A model generated the notes under the pieces. It did no database searches and was not told where the DNA came from. It saw nothing but the letters and a program-made list of their open reading frames with translations. This document shows positions 1 through 8,772 of a stretch of 64,000 nt of DNA, in pieces; position 1 is the stretch's first letter, and every line of letters begins with the position of its first letter. The stretch is from Bdellovibrionota bacterium (GTDB lineage Bacteria > Bdellovibrionota_G > JALEGL01 > DATDPG01). A program made the translations under genes and the position numbers. The DNA lies in assembly GCA_963668355.1 (NCBI GenBank), contig OY764265.1:1728001-1792000 (forward strand), written 5' to 3'.

Positions 1-366
1 TCCTGAGACCAGTGTGGTTCCATCCAAAAAGGGAATCGAATTGAGGAGTTCATCAATGGCGTAGTTGGCTCCGATGGAGACAGCTTGCGCAAGAAGTTCC
101 TCCAAAGGTGTGGTGTACGTGTCGCCGTCAAAGAGGTATCCATAAGAACCTTCTGGGACCAGGCCACCGTCAAATTCCATATATCCATTTCCATGGTCGT
201 AAAGTTCAAGTTTGGCTTGATGCTCCTCTAAGCTGACGACAGCCCCTTTGTCATGAACCACAAACACTTTGATGATCATGTACAGGAGGAAAAATAAAAC
301 CGGCAGCAACATGGCTAATTCCAATGTGCTTTGACCTCGGGAAAATATGTTTCGAAGCTTTTTCAT
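1..366 (-). CDS. TadE-like minor pilin/pseudopilin, 3' part outside window
   Basis: Not in the ORF track. Hand translation from ATG at 366 gives MKKLRNIFSRGQSTLELAMLLPVLFFLLYMII, a prepilin G|Q-x-x-x-E motif plus hydrophobic helix; frame stays open to base 1. Confidence 0.85.
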   Translation of the reverse strand, partial: MKKLRNIFSRGQSTLELAMLLPVLFFLLYMIIKVFVVHDKGAVVSLEEHQAKLELYDHGNGYMEFDGGLVPEGSYGYLFDGDTYTTPLEELLAQAVSIGANYAIDELLNSIPFLDGTTLVSG

Positions 367-374
367 ATTTCCCT

Positions 375-1748
375 TTAATGGAGGAAGTCCTCCCGGAAAA
401 AACGCATGGCTGTCCAGTTTCCTTCGGCATTCATAACGGGGTATTCACCTTGGATCAGAACGCTCATGGGGAGTTGCGACACATCAAATCCGTCCATCGC
501 CTCCTGATCGGCGATGCCAATGAGTTTGGCTCCTTCGAACTCTTCCCCGACGCTTCCTCGCGTCAGAAGTGAGAAAAACGGCGTGGCTGCAGTAGGAAAA
601 GATCCTCCATACGGCTTGGCAAACGCATAGGCCATCATTGGCGTTCGTTCTTTTGCAAACAAACGTGCCGATTCCCCGGCAGCATCGCCTTGATACGAGA
701 GGGCCTGTCCAAAGTCTTCGGATTGGACATTCGGATTGCGAAGTTTTGGATTGTAGAGTTCATTCCAATACGGAGGATTGTAAAGTGTGGCAGCGAAAAA
801 AGAGGTGGGATAATCATTCACGCGAACCACTTTGGCCTTGGTGTTGATCGCCCGATAGGATTGAGGCAATCCCCAATAACACTGAGACGTTGGAGGGGGA
901 GATGTCGGATACCCATAGCCGAGCGCATCCAGTAGGGCGATTTCCTCTCCTGCATAGAATAGGGGTTGTCCCTGCTGAACGTCTAAATACGCTAAGTCTT
1001 CGGCAAATTCGCCCTGCTCATATTTCCAACGGATTTCGGAAGAGGAAACGTAAGACCCAGTATCCCCCCCCAGTTTCTTTCGAATTCCAAGAGGCAGATT
1101 TTTCATGTCGAAAAAAATTTCCAGAGATCGGGCATAAGCATAGTCATTCGCTGTTTCAATCCGATTCTGAATGTTTCGCGCAAACCCGCTTCGACCAAAA
1201 GCCAAGAACTCTGTGGGAATGTCTTCCCCCAGAAGTCCGGCCAGTGTGTATATCAATCTGCGAGCACCGGGAATTTGATTCAGCCCATATTCGTAGGTTG
1301 CCGCAATCAGGTTATGAGCAGCCGTATCAAAACGATCACAGATGGAATCACAATTGGGAAAAGCCGCTCGATCTGTGAGGTCTTCGTCGGAAGAAAAATT
1401 TCGAAGGGCTGCATAAATGGGGGTGATCGCCCGCGCTACCGCGGGTCCCAGTGTGTGCATGGTGTGACGTTCGGGATGAATCAGAAGATTGCACGGAGAA
1501 GATTTTAAAAGGACTGAATAAAACGTGAAGAGTTGTTCAATGGCTTCGTTTTCTTGGCGAATGAGATCCAGGTTTACTCGCTGAACATGTGCGCCCCTTA
1601 AGGCCGCGAGGTCTGTGGTTTGTTGAAGTTTCATTTTTTCGTTGGTTGTCAATGCAGATTGAAAAACAAACGAGAAAATTGTGAGGATGCTGGTGAACGC
1701 CACGGCAAGGCCAATCGCCAATTGTCCATTTTGGAAGGATTTCCTCAT
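375..1748 (-). CDS. TadG-like pilus assembly/tip protein
   Basis: Start moved to ATG 1748 (ATGA overlap with upstream stop). N-terminus MRKSFQNGQ + TM + KLQQTTDLAAL is typical of the Tad N-terminal domain; lies among tadE/flp genes. Confidence 0.75.
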   Translation of the reverse strand: MRKSFQNGQLAIGLAVAFTSILTIFSFVFQSALTTNEKMKLQQTTDLAALRGAHVQRVNLDLIRQENEAIEQLFTFYSVLLKSSPCNLLIHPERHTMHTLGPAVARAITPIYAALRNFSSDEDLTDRAAFPNCDSICDRFDTAAHNLIAATYEYGLNQIPGARRLIYTLAGLLGEDIPTEFLAFGRSGFARNIQNRIETANDYAYARSLEIFFDMKNLPLGIRKKLGGDTGSYVSSSEIRWKYEQGEFAEDLAYLDVQQGQPLFYAGEEIALLDALGYGYPTSPPPTSQCYWGLPQSYRAINTKAKVVRVNDYPTSFFAATLYNPPYWNELYNPKLRNPNVQSEDFGQALSYQGDAAGESARLFAKERTPMMAYAFAKPYGGSFPTAATPFFSLLTRGSVGEEFEGAKLIGIADQEAMDGFDVSQLPMSVLIQGEYPVMNAEGNWTAMRFFREDFLH

Positions 1749-2371
1749 GAGGGCTCCCGTCCAAAATAGGCTTCCCGAACAATGGCGACCCCACTGTATC
1801 TCGAACCGAGGGTCTGAACATGACAGGGCCATCGCTCCTTAACCGTACTGAATAAAGCATCTAATCCCGGAAACACGATGGGCATGCAATACGTGACTTG
1901 GACTCCTTGTTCGAACTCGGGTCGGTTGGTGATGAGGTTGACGCGGACAACGCCATCGGTTCCAGAAGTGCCTCCGCCATCCACCCCCAAATCGTTTCCG
2001 TCTTTATAAACGCGGTCCAAAGAAATGCCGGCGTTGGCGGATCCGACCCCCGAATTCAAACTAATCTTGCTTTGTTCCCACATGAGACTTTCGAAAATGA
2101 CTTTTTCAGCGGCGGCCTCGGCAATGGCTTGTCCCTTATTGGTATAAGGAGCCCCACGAACATGTCGATAATCAATGCTCTCTAGGGTTCGGGATCCATA
2201 AACTTGGTAGGCGCGAGCTGCGACGGAGGCAGCGTATTGGGTTACGGTTGATGAATGGAGAAAGATGATGATTTGAACAAAGGAAAGAAAAACGGTGATG
2301 AGGATGGGAAGCAAGAGTGCCAGCTCCAGCATCGCGACCCCCTTCTGACTCTTTCGTTGTTCATTCCTCAT
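1745..2371 (-). CDS. tadE: TadE family minor pilin
   Basis: QKGVAMLELALLLP prepilin motif, TM, then YAASVAARA TadE signature. Confidence 0.85.
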   Translation of the reverse strand: MRNEQRKSQKGVAMLELALLLPILITVFLSFVQIIIFLHSSTVTQYAASVAARAYQVYGSRTLESIDYRHVRGAPYTNKGQAIAEAAAEKVIFESLMWEQSKISLNSGVGSANAGISLDRVYKDGNDLGVDGGGTSGTDGVVRVNLITNRPEFEQGVQVTYCMPIVFPGLDALFSTVKERWPCHVQTLGSRYSGVAIVREAYFGREPS

Positions 2372-2430
2372 ACCTACAAACTAATTTTTGCATAGCCAGG
2401 AACAAGTATCACTCCTTTTTATCTTAAGAA

Positions 2431-2468
2431 GTTCGGACGAGGGGGAAGGAGGAGCCCCTCGTCCGAAC
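2431..2468 (-). terminator. 14-bp stem hairpin downstream of the Flp pilin gene
   Basis: GTTCGGACGAGGGG (2431-2444) and CCCCTCGTCCGAAC (2455-2468) are perfect inverted repeats; only a weak U tract follows on the minus strand. Confidence 0.6.
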
Positions 2469-2505
2469 CAGGAATAGCCTATTGGTTTGGTTATTCCTGT
2501 ACCGT

Positions 2506-2697
2506 TTATTCTTGAAGCTCGATGGTTTGAGAGGCGGACTCAACGGATTTTTCCATCAAGTCTTTGGCTTTTCCATCAGCTCCAAAAATATATTTGGCGG
2601 CAACAATGACACCCACCGAAATGACGCCAATGACAAGGGCATACTCCAGTGCGGTTTGCCCAGTGATTCGTTTGTTTTTGTTTCGTAAGATACGCAT
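2506..2697 (-). CDS. flp: Flp family type IVc pilin (probable major pilin)
   Basis: TGQTALEYALVIGVISVGVIVAA Flp motif, 63 aa; strong GGAGG SD before ATG 2697. Confidence 0.9.
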   Translation of the reverse strand: MRILRNKNKRITGQTALEYALVIGVISVGVIVAAKYIFGADGKAKDLMEKSVESASQTIELQE

Positions 2698-2719
2698 GGT
2701 TTTTTCCTCCATCTTTCAT

Positions 2720-2962
2720 TTACGGAAAGGGCAATGCGGCGGTTTTATCCAAACCGAACGAAGCCATTCCCGAAGTCCAGCTCCAATCATCTCCAGAATG
2801 GATGCTGGAAAGCTCCTGGCCACCGTGAAGATTCCCCATGACAAAGCCTTGGGTGAACAACCAAGAGGTTCCTGCGGCCCCCGCGACAATCACGATGGCC
2901 AAGATATATTCCAGGGCCACTTGACCCCGGTTGGACCTTTGTTTTGCTCCAAAGTGGCGCAT
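2720..2962 (-). CDS. Second Flp-like pilin
   Basis: RGQVALEYILAIVIVAG Flp motif, 80 aa, longer C-terminal tail. Confidence 0.8.
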   Translation of the reverse strand: MRHFGAKQRSNRGQVALEYILAIVIVAGAAGTSWLFTQGFVMGNLHGGQELSSIHSGDDWSWTSGMASFGLDKTAALPFP

Positions 2963-2977
2963 ACACCCCGAATATGA

Positions 2978-2992
2978 GCAAAGAGCAGGCCA
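2978..2992 (-). promoter_or_regulatory. Putative sigma54 -24/-12 promoter for pilin genes
   Basis: Minus strand TGGCCTGCTCTTTGC, GG-N10-GC spacing, just upstream of the flp genes. Confidence 0.55.
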
Positions 2993-3124
2993 GAACCCAA
3001 TTTTTCAAAGAAACGCTAAGAGTATGAAATTAAAGAAAAATTCATCCTTTTGCGTCAAAGGCCCCTTGTCCGAAATGGGCCAAAATTGAGCAGTGACCTC
3101 AGCACCACCCACCTTTTTGCACGA

Positions 3125-3159
3125 AAGTCCCCAAAATGAACTGTTCATTTTGGGGACTT
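3125..3159 (-). terminator. Perfect 17-bp inverted repeat after FHA gene stop (probable terminator)
   Basis: AAGTCCCCAAAATGAAC-T-GTTCATTTTGGGGACTT, about 10 nt after the stop at 3169. Confidence 0.6.
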
Positions 3160-3168
3160 ATCCACAGG

Positions 3169-5073
3169 TTAGTGGATGCCGAGTTCTTTGAGTTTCTTTG
3201 TGGCTTTTTGGTGGTACTCAGATTCTTTGTCCGGGGCATGCTGAAGGGCTTTCCGAAAAGCTTCGGTCGCGGCCTCGCGGTCATCCACGATCTCCATGAA
3301 CGCAATCCCATTTTGGTAATACTGCTTGGCATCTCTGGCAAGATCCTCCTTGAGCATTCCAAAGAGCTTTTGGGCTTCCTTGTTTTGAGGAAATTTCTCA
3401 ATGATATTTTTTAAAGCTTCATACGCTTGAATGGGTTCTCCGGTTTGAGCGAGCGTTCGCGCATCATCAATATGCTCTTGGAGGTCTTCCCCGACTTTTG
3501 TGGCCACGTCATTCAACAATTTTTGGGCCGAAGCCTGGTAACGATGTCCTTTCTTAGAGGCCACTTCTGTAAGAAGCATTTCAGCCTTCCCAAAATTTCC
3601 GGTTTCGTACTCTTGAACTCCTTGTTCATAGAGTTTCTTTAGTTCTCGATCGTTTTTGCGTTTGGCAATTCGAGCCAGGCGGATTTTTTCTTCTTCCTTT
3701 TTGAGTTGATGAAAAGCTCCGGTTACGCGGCTATCTTCCGGCATGAACTTTTCTGCTTTTCGAAACGCTTCCCGAGCGAGTTCGAATTTTTGCTTTTTCA
3801 TCTGTTCAAAGCCCTCAACCAGAAATCCTTCCATTTTTTTGATTTTGAGCTTTCTGGCTTTTTCAGCCTCCTCTCGGGCTTGTCGCTCCGCTTCCTTTGC
3901 AGATGAAATGGTTCGAGTGAGCTTCAAGGCTTCTTGATTCTGAGGGGCTTTTTCCAAAACGAGCTGAATGCGAGCTTCGGCCGCATCGAAGTCGGATTTG
4001 GATATGAGTTTTTGGGCTCGATCTAAATTAAATCGAATGACTCGGGTTAACTCAGGAGATACTCCGGGAGTCGCGGGAGCAGGTTTTTCTTTTTTAAGCA
4101 CAGGTTCCGAAGAGGGCCAGACCAGGATAAGTCCGACCACGACTCCCAATAGAAACAGCGTTTTCCAATCGGTAAGATAAGGGTTCCAACGTTCCCATCT
4201 CAATTCAAATTGGCTCTTTAAACGTGTGCCGTTGGCATGGGGAGATTTAGCGTATTTTTCGACAGAAGAGGAGGATCCCGGTTCTACATATTCAAACCGA
4301 GCCGATCCAACTTGGACCACATCATGATTCTCAAGAGGTCGGTCTTTCACAGGAAAGCCATCTACAAACGTTCCTGTTGAATCTTCGTTATTGTGTAATA
4401 CATAACCTTTTTCAGTTTTTTCAAGAGTTGCGTGGGCTTGAGAGACTTCATCGTCTTCAATCGGAATATCGTCCTCGGAGGATCGCCCAAGCGTAATTTT
4501 AGAGGAAGTAAGTGGGAGCTCTTTTCCCGCTTCGGGACCATCTAGACGAACCAATTTGGAATCGGTCTTGGGCAAAATCTCTGCAGGGGTTAAATCCGAT
4601 AGGGGAGCTGAAGGAGAGAGGGTCTCTTCCAAATCGACATTTCGTGGATAGGTAGGAGTGGGCTCTGGATGAGTCTCAGCTTTAGGGCGAACGGAAATGG
4701 CATTTAAAAATTCATCTTGGCCTTCTTCGGGTTCAGGGACCCGAGCCAAGGTTTCTCCAGCGGAGACCTCTGGGGAGATTTCCTCTATTTCTTGCTCCAG
4801 GGAAATGTGAAAGGAGCCGATTTCAATCTGGTCTCCAAGGTTTAATGGGGCCTTTGTGATGACTTCCCCATTAAGTTTGGTTCCATTGATGCTTTCCAAA
4901 TCTTCAATCCAGTACTGGTCGTCCTTCTTGAAAATTTTGGCATGTTTTCGAGAAATTTCTTCTTTCGGGAGAATGATTTGATTTTTTTTCGATCGACCGA
5001 GAAAAATGGGTTCATCGCCGAGGATATGGATGGCAATTTCTTTTTCGTCTGGTTGGCGTACGATCAGTCTCAT
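3169..5073 (-). CDS. Tandem FHA-domain membrane protein with extracytoplasmic TPR repeats
   Basis: Two FHA motifs (LGRS...ISRKHA...SINGT; LGRS...VSQAHA...STGT), one TM (LFLLGVVVGLILVW), then helical TPR-like repeats. Confidence 0.85.
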   Translation of the reverse strand: MRLIVRQPDEKEIAIHILGDEPIFLGRSKKNQIILPKEEISRKHAKIFKKDDQYWIEDLESINGTKLNGEVITKAPLNLGDQIEIGSFHISLEQEIEEISPEVSAGETLARVPEPEEGQDEFLNAISVRPKAETHPEPTPTYPRNVDLEETLSPSAPLSDLTPAEILPKTDSKLVRLDGPEAGKELPLTSSKITLGRSSEDDIPIEDDEVSQAHATLEKTEKGYVLHNNEDSTGTFVDGFPVKDRPLENHDVVQVGSARFEYVEPGSSSSVEKYAKSPHANGTRLKSQFELRWERWNPYLTDWKTLFLLGVVVGLILVWPSSEPVLKKEKPAPATPGVSPELTRVIRFNLDRAQKLISKSDFDAAEARIQLVLEKAPQNQEALKLTRTISSAKEAERQAREEAEKARKLKIKKMEGFLVEGFEQMKKQKFELAREAFRKAEKFMPEDSRVTGAFHQLKKEEEKIRLARIAKRKNDRELKKLYEQGVQEYETGNFGKAEMLLTEVASKKGHRYQASAQKLLNDVATKVGEDLQEHIDDARTLAQTGEPIQAYEALKNIIEKFPQNKEAQKLFGMLKEDLARDAKQYYQNGIAFMEIVDDREAATEAFRKALQHAPDKESEYHQKATKKLKELGIH

Positions 5074-5097
5074 CTCAAAAACTAAGGATACCCTGAT

Positions 5098-6045
5098 TTA
5101 GTTCATTTCGGCGAGTTTCGCTTCGGCTTCTGCGATCTTATCTTTCGCTCGTTGAAACGTTTCCGGATCAAAGTTGGCCGCCAAGGAGAGGACTTTTCGC
5201 CACTCTGAAATAGCCTTGTCGAAGTAGAGTCGATCATACTCTCTAACGCCATTTTCATAGTATTGATCGATTAAAGAGGCCAGTCGCTTCTCAGCTCTTT
5301 CGAGCAAGATTTCTACTTGCTTATCGCCTTTTCTTACCGCCAAAAATTTTCGCAAATAGGGAATGGCGGCAGCGACATCATCATACTGCATAGCGGTTTC
5401 AGCACGTCCTTTCCAGACCAAAAGATCTTCTTCAGAGACATCGTCTGGAATTTGCACCACAGGTTTGAATAATTTTGTTTCAGGTTTAGGCGTTTTTTGC
5501 TGTGGCAATTTTTCTTTTGAGCCTGGCTGAAAAAGAAAAAGAGAGAGCACAATCAGAAAGAACCCCAAGGACGAATAAAGCAGAACTCTTTTATTCCGAA
5601 GAAGTGGAGGGAATGCTTTGGCTTTTGGAAGCGTTTGAGGAAGGGGAGGATCTAAGGGAACTTCCTTTTCAACGGAGGTTTCTTCAATTGTAGGTTCTCC
5701 AAGGGTTGGAGCGGTTTCGGCTTCATCCGAATGTTCTCCAAAACATTGAACCTCAAACATGCATTCCCCCATTTGCAGTCGGTCACCCGCTTTTAATGCC
5801 GTTCGGGAAATGGCTTTTCCGTTCACAAACGTACCATTTTTGCTGTTTAAATCTTCCACCCAAGGCTCATTGATCCGAATTTGAATGGAGGCATGTTGTC
5901 GGGAGATGTTGGGGGTGTTTAGAACAATCGCATTTTCTTCGGTTCTTCCAATGAAAAGCGTGCTTTCTTGCAGCTCAATTTCCTCTCCCTTTTTGGGGCC
6001 CTCGATTCCCAAGAGTACCCATTTCTGAACTCCAAAGAGACTCAT
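5098..6045 (-). CDS. FHA-domain membrane protein with TPR-like C-terminus
   Basis: IGRT...ISRQHA...SKNGTFVNG FHA motif, TM, TPR-like helices. Confidence 0.85.
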   Translation of the reverse strand: MSLFGVQKWVLLGIEGPKKGEEIELQESTLFIGRTEENAIVLNTPNISRQHASIQIRINEPWVEDLNSKNGTFVNGKAISRTALKAGDRLQMGECMFEVQCFGEHSDEAETAPTLGEPTIEETSVEKEVPLDPPLPQTLPKAKAFPPLLRNKRVLLYSSLGFFLIVLSLFLFQPGSKEKLPQQKTPKPETKLFKPVVQIPDDVSEEDLLVWKGRAETAMQYDDVAAAIPYLRKFLAVRKGDKQVEILLERAEKRLASLIDQYYENGVREYDRLYFDKAISEWRKVLSLAANFDPETFQRAKDKIAEAEAKLAEMN

Positions 6046-7199
6046 GGTTTCTTTTCCTCCAAGATGCGTTCTACGGCCTCATAAAGTTCTCCCCACTCCG
6101 AAAATGGAGGAACTCCATCCGGATTAACCTTTTGCCCAAGGCGCCAGCGCTGAAGTTTTTCTCCCAGTCGCAAAAGCGGGGCCGTGATGGCTTTGGAAAA
6201 GAGCCAGCCCAGAGCAAAGGCAATGGCGATGGCTGCGGCAATCAACAAAAAGAATAGACGCCTCAGCTGAGAAAAGTCGCTCATCCCCTCCTCTGGGGAA
6301 AAGATGATCTTTGCGGCTCCCAGGGTTTCGTATTGTCCTGTGTGGTCGTCGTATGCACGAATGGGATGAACCAAGATATGGGATCCATCTGACAGTTCCG
6401 GGCTCGGCCGGATTTTTCGATCGCTTTTTTGGGTCAAAGCTTCTGTGGTGAAGGGATCGTTAGCCAATTGATTGACACGAGAAACCGGTGCCACCGTTCG
6501 CCCTTTTTGATTGATGATGAAGGCGCTTTTGACCCCTTTTTCGTTTTGAACACTTTCAACATCCAAGAGCAACTCGTTTCCTACGCGGAGATCTTCTCGA
6601 TTCTTTTCGGCCAGGATTTGAACCAACGTAGAGGCTCGTTGGAGGGCCGCTTTTTTCATTTGGGCCTTGAGGATGTTATAGCCCGTAAAACCGCCCAATA
6701 GAACAAACGCCAAGAGTGTCGTGCTTAAAAGCGCTGTCGTGAGCAAACGAAGAGGAAGAGGATTTTTCCCGGAGTGAACTCCTTGCAGGAGAGAAGGGCG
6801 GACATACGTGCTTTGCGTAGGCCTTCCACCCTTCTTGTGCGTACGAATGGCGGCGATGGTTCTTCCAACGGTCGGGATTTTATCTTTCCCCGCGGAAGGT
6901 GGCAGGGTTTGGCCGGAGCGATACTCCATGGTTACTTCTCCAATTTGTATCTGATCGCCCGCCTTAAGGGTTTTTTGAACAATAGCTTTCTGGTTCAAAA
7001 GCGTCCCGTTCGCACTCCCCAGGTCAATGACTTCGACCTGGTTTCCCTTTACGACAATTTGAGCGTGTTTTCGGGAGACCATGCGAGAGTCAATTTGGAT
7101 CGCGACGTCCGCATCTCTTCCGATAACGTGCGTACCCTCTACGAGATCAATGGCTTCTTCTCCACTCCCTCCTTGAAGAATGTACAGCGTGTGTTTCAA
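6042..7199 (-). CDS. FHA + TM + periplasmic Cache/PDC-like domain + TM + HAMP-like protein
   Basis: IGRD...VSRKHA...SANGT FHA; two TMs around a ~140-aa domain containing SAFIINQKGRTVAP; ends in ITAPLLRL...EWGELYEAVERI, HAMP-like. Confidence 0.75.
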   Translation of the reverse strand: MKHTLYILQGGSGEEAIDLVEGTHVIGRDADVAIQIDSRMVSRKHAQIVVKGNQVEVIDLGSANGTLLNQKAIVQKTLKAGDQIQIGEVTMEYRSGQTLPPSAGKDKIPTVGRTIAAIRTHKKGGRPTQSTYVRPSLLQGVHSGKNPLPLRLLTTALLSTTLLAFVLLGGFTGYNILKAQMKKAALQRASTLVQILAEKNREDLRVGNELLLDVESVQNEKGVKSAFIINQKGRTVAPVSRVNQLANDPFTTEALTQKSDRKIRPSPELSDGSHILVHPIRAYDDHTGQYETLGAAKIIFSPEEGMSDFSQLRRLFFLLIAAAIAIAFALGWLFSKAITAPLLRLGEKLQRWRLGQKVNPDGVPPFSEWGELYEAVERILEEKKP

Positions 7200-7549
7200 G
7201 AGGCTTCCTCCAATGCCAGTTCATCTCCGGTTTTAAGTAGCAATGAGGCGAGGGTTCCCGAAGGAAGTTCCAAAACCGAATGAGCGCCGCGTACCCAGGG
7301 TGTAAGCCGAAAGGGTCGAAGGTTCTGGTGGACGGCCAGCACATGTTTCGAGGACGATAAAAAGACTACATCAATGGGGAACTTCATGAAAAACGTATGA
7401 ATGGAATTGCAGGGCTCGATCCACAAGCCCTCCCCTCTTTCCAGTGCAGTTCTTCCCAAGAGGCCTTTCATGCGTTGGAAAAGGGTGGAAGCCTTCTCAA
7501 CCTTGTCTGCGATCAGCTCCGGTTGTGAGAGATTCATGACACGAAACAT
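7196..7549 (-). CDS. DUF192 family protein
   Basis: RMKGLLGR...GLWIEPCNSIHTFFMKFPIDVVFL...VLELPSG signature. Confidence 0.9.
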   Translation of the reverse strand: MFRVMNLSQPELIADKVEKASTLFQRMKGLLGRTALERGEGLWIEPCNSIHTFFMKFPIDVVFLSSSKHVLAVHQNLRPFRLTPWVRGAHSVLELPSGTLASLLLKTGDELALEEAS

Positions 7550-7552
7550 GAG

Positions 7553-8482
7553 TTAGAAAAAACCTCGTTGCACAATGCTCAAAATGATCGGCCCAAGAAT
7601 CACAATGAAAATGGCTGGAAAGATGCAAATGACCAAGGGAAGTAAAATCAGTTGAGAAGCTCTAGCCCCCGCAGCTTCGGCCAACTGGAATCGTTTGGAA
7701 CGAAGTTGATCCGACTGGGCCCGAAGAACTTGGCCAATGGAGGCACCCAATTGATCCGCCTGAATGAGCAGGGTGGTGAATGAAGTGATTTCTTCGATTT
7801 GAAGACGGTCACTTAAGTTCTTCAAAGCATCGGCGCGAGATGTCCCCAAACGAATTTCTTTCAACATATGATTGAATTCAAGCAAGAGGGCATTCTGGTC
7901 GGTTCTTTCAGACAAACGTTGTATGGCTGCTATGAAATCCAGTCCCGCTTCTACAGAAAGAGTCAGAAGGTCCAGCGTGTAGGGTAAAGCTCGTGTAATC
8001 GCTCTTCGGCGAATCGCAACTCGTTCAGCTAACCATAAGTCAGGAAAAACAAATCCCAACACAAAGAGGATGGGAAGTCCCAAAAGTGGAATGGAGAAAC
8101 CCAGAGCGACTCCAATGTAGACGATGAGAAGAGGGATGAAAAAAGTCATCACGACTTTTAGGGCCATGAATTCATCGGGTGTGATCTCATCGCGCATATT
8201 GGCGGTGATCAATTTTCGATGATAGTTCGTTCGTTGCGGACCCAATTTGCGAACCGAGATCTGTGGCAATAACAGGGTGTAAAAAGGACGAAAAATGCGC
8301 AGAAGGGCAATTTGATTGGGACGTTCGGTTTCATCCACCATGCCCAGTCTTTTTCGAGCCGCCGCTTGTTTTTCGTCCGGAAAAAACCGAAGCGTCAAAA
8401 AAAACACCGAGAGAAACATAGAGACCACCAAGGAGATGATGATGAAAGTTTCTTGTCCCAGCATTCCAAGTATTTCGGCCAT
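7553..8482 (-). CDS. tadC: TadC / type II secretion system F family platform protein
   Basis: LPYTLDLLTLSVEAGLDF...QADQLGASI...LRAQSDQLR...LPLVICIFPAIF pattern. Confidence 0.9.
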   Translation of the reverse strand: MAEILGMLGQETFIIISLVVSMFLSVFFLTLRFFPDEKQAAARKRLGMVDETERPNQIALLRIFRPFYTLLLPQISVRKLGPQRTNYHRKLITANMRDEITPDEFMALKVVMTFFIPLLIVYIGVALGFSIPLLGLPILFVLGFVFPDLWLAERVAIRRRAITRALPYTLDLLTLSVEAGLDFIAAIQRLSERTDQNALLLEFNHMLKEIRLGTSRADALKNLSDRLQIEEITSFTTLLIQADQLGASIGQVLRAQSDQLRSKRFQLAEAAGARASQLILLPLVICIFPAIFIVILGPIILSIVQRGFF

Positions 8483-8612
8483 TTGTGTTCCGGTTCGTCC
8501 ATTCGAGGCCCCAAAAGCGGCCTTCTCTTTCTAAAAGAATTCTAAAGCATTAAAATTATAAAGCATTTTGAAAAATCGAGCATCTTTCCCTTTTTTCCTG
8601 GTCGCAAAAAAG

Positions 8613-8627
8613 GCAAGTCCCATGCCA
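8613..8627 (-). promoter_or_regulatory. Putative sigma54 promoter of the tadC-FHA operon
   Basis: Minus strand TGGCATGGGACTTGC, near-consensus TGGCA-N6-TTGC, ~130 nt upstream of tadC. Confidence 0.7.
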
Positions 8628-8730
8628 CGAATCCATATGAGGCAGGGACAATGTTCCTTATGGGATCTTGAGTGAGGTTGCCGATCCGCGCTCTAAACAC
8701 CTCCAATATAAGGAAAAATCGTAATGGTTC

Positions 8731-8760
8731 TTGACACTTAGATCAATTCTTCGCGATAAT
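8731..8760 (+). promoter_or_regulatory. Putative sigma70 promoter
   Basis: TTGACA-N18-GATAAT immediately upstream of ATG 8773. Confidence 0.5.
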
Positions 8761-8772
8761 TGAAAAACCCCA

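Noticed and set aside
1749..1832. N-terminal extension of the TadG-like ORF (similar extensions at 9975, 14047, 15369, 20394, 21236, 33216)
   Set aside because: Downstream starts give stop/start coupling or proper signal peptides, while the extensions overlap neighbouring genes.
3158..3166. Perfect DnaA box TTATCCACA
   Set aside because: Only one copy noticed, with no box cluster or oriC-type gene context; compatible with chance.
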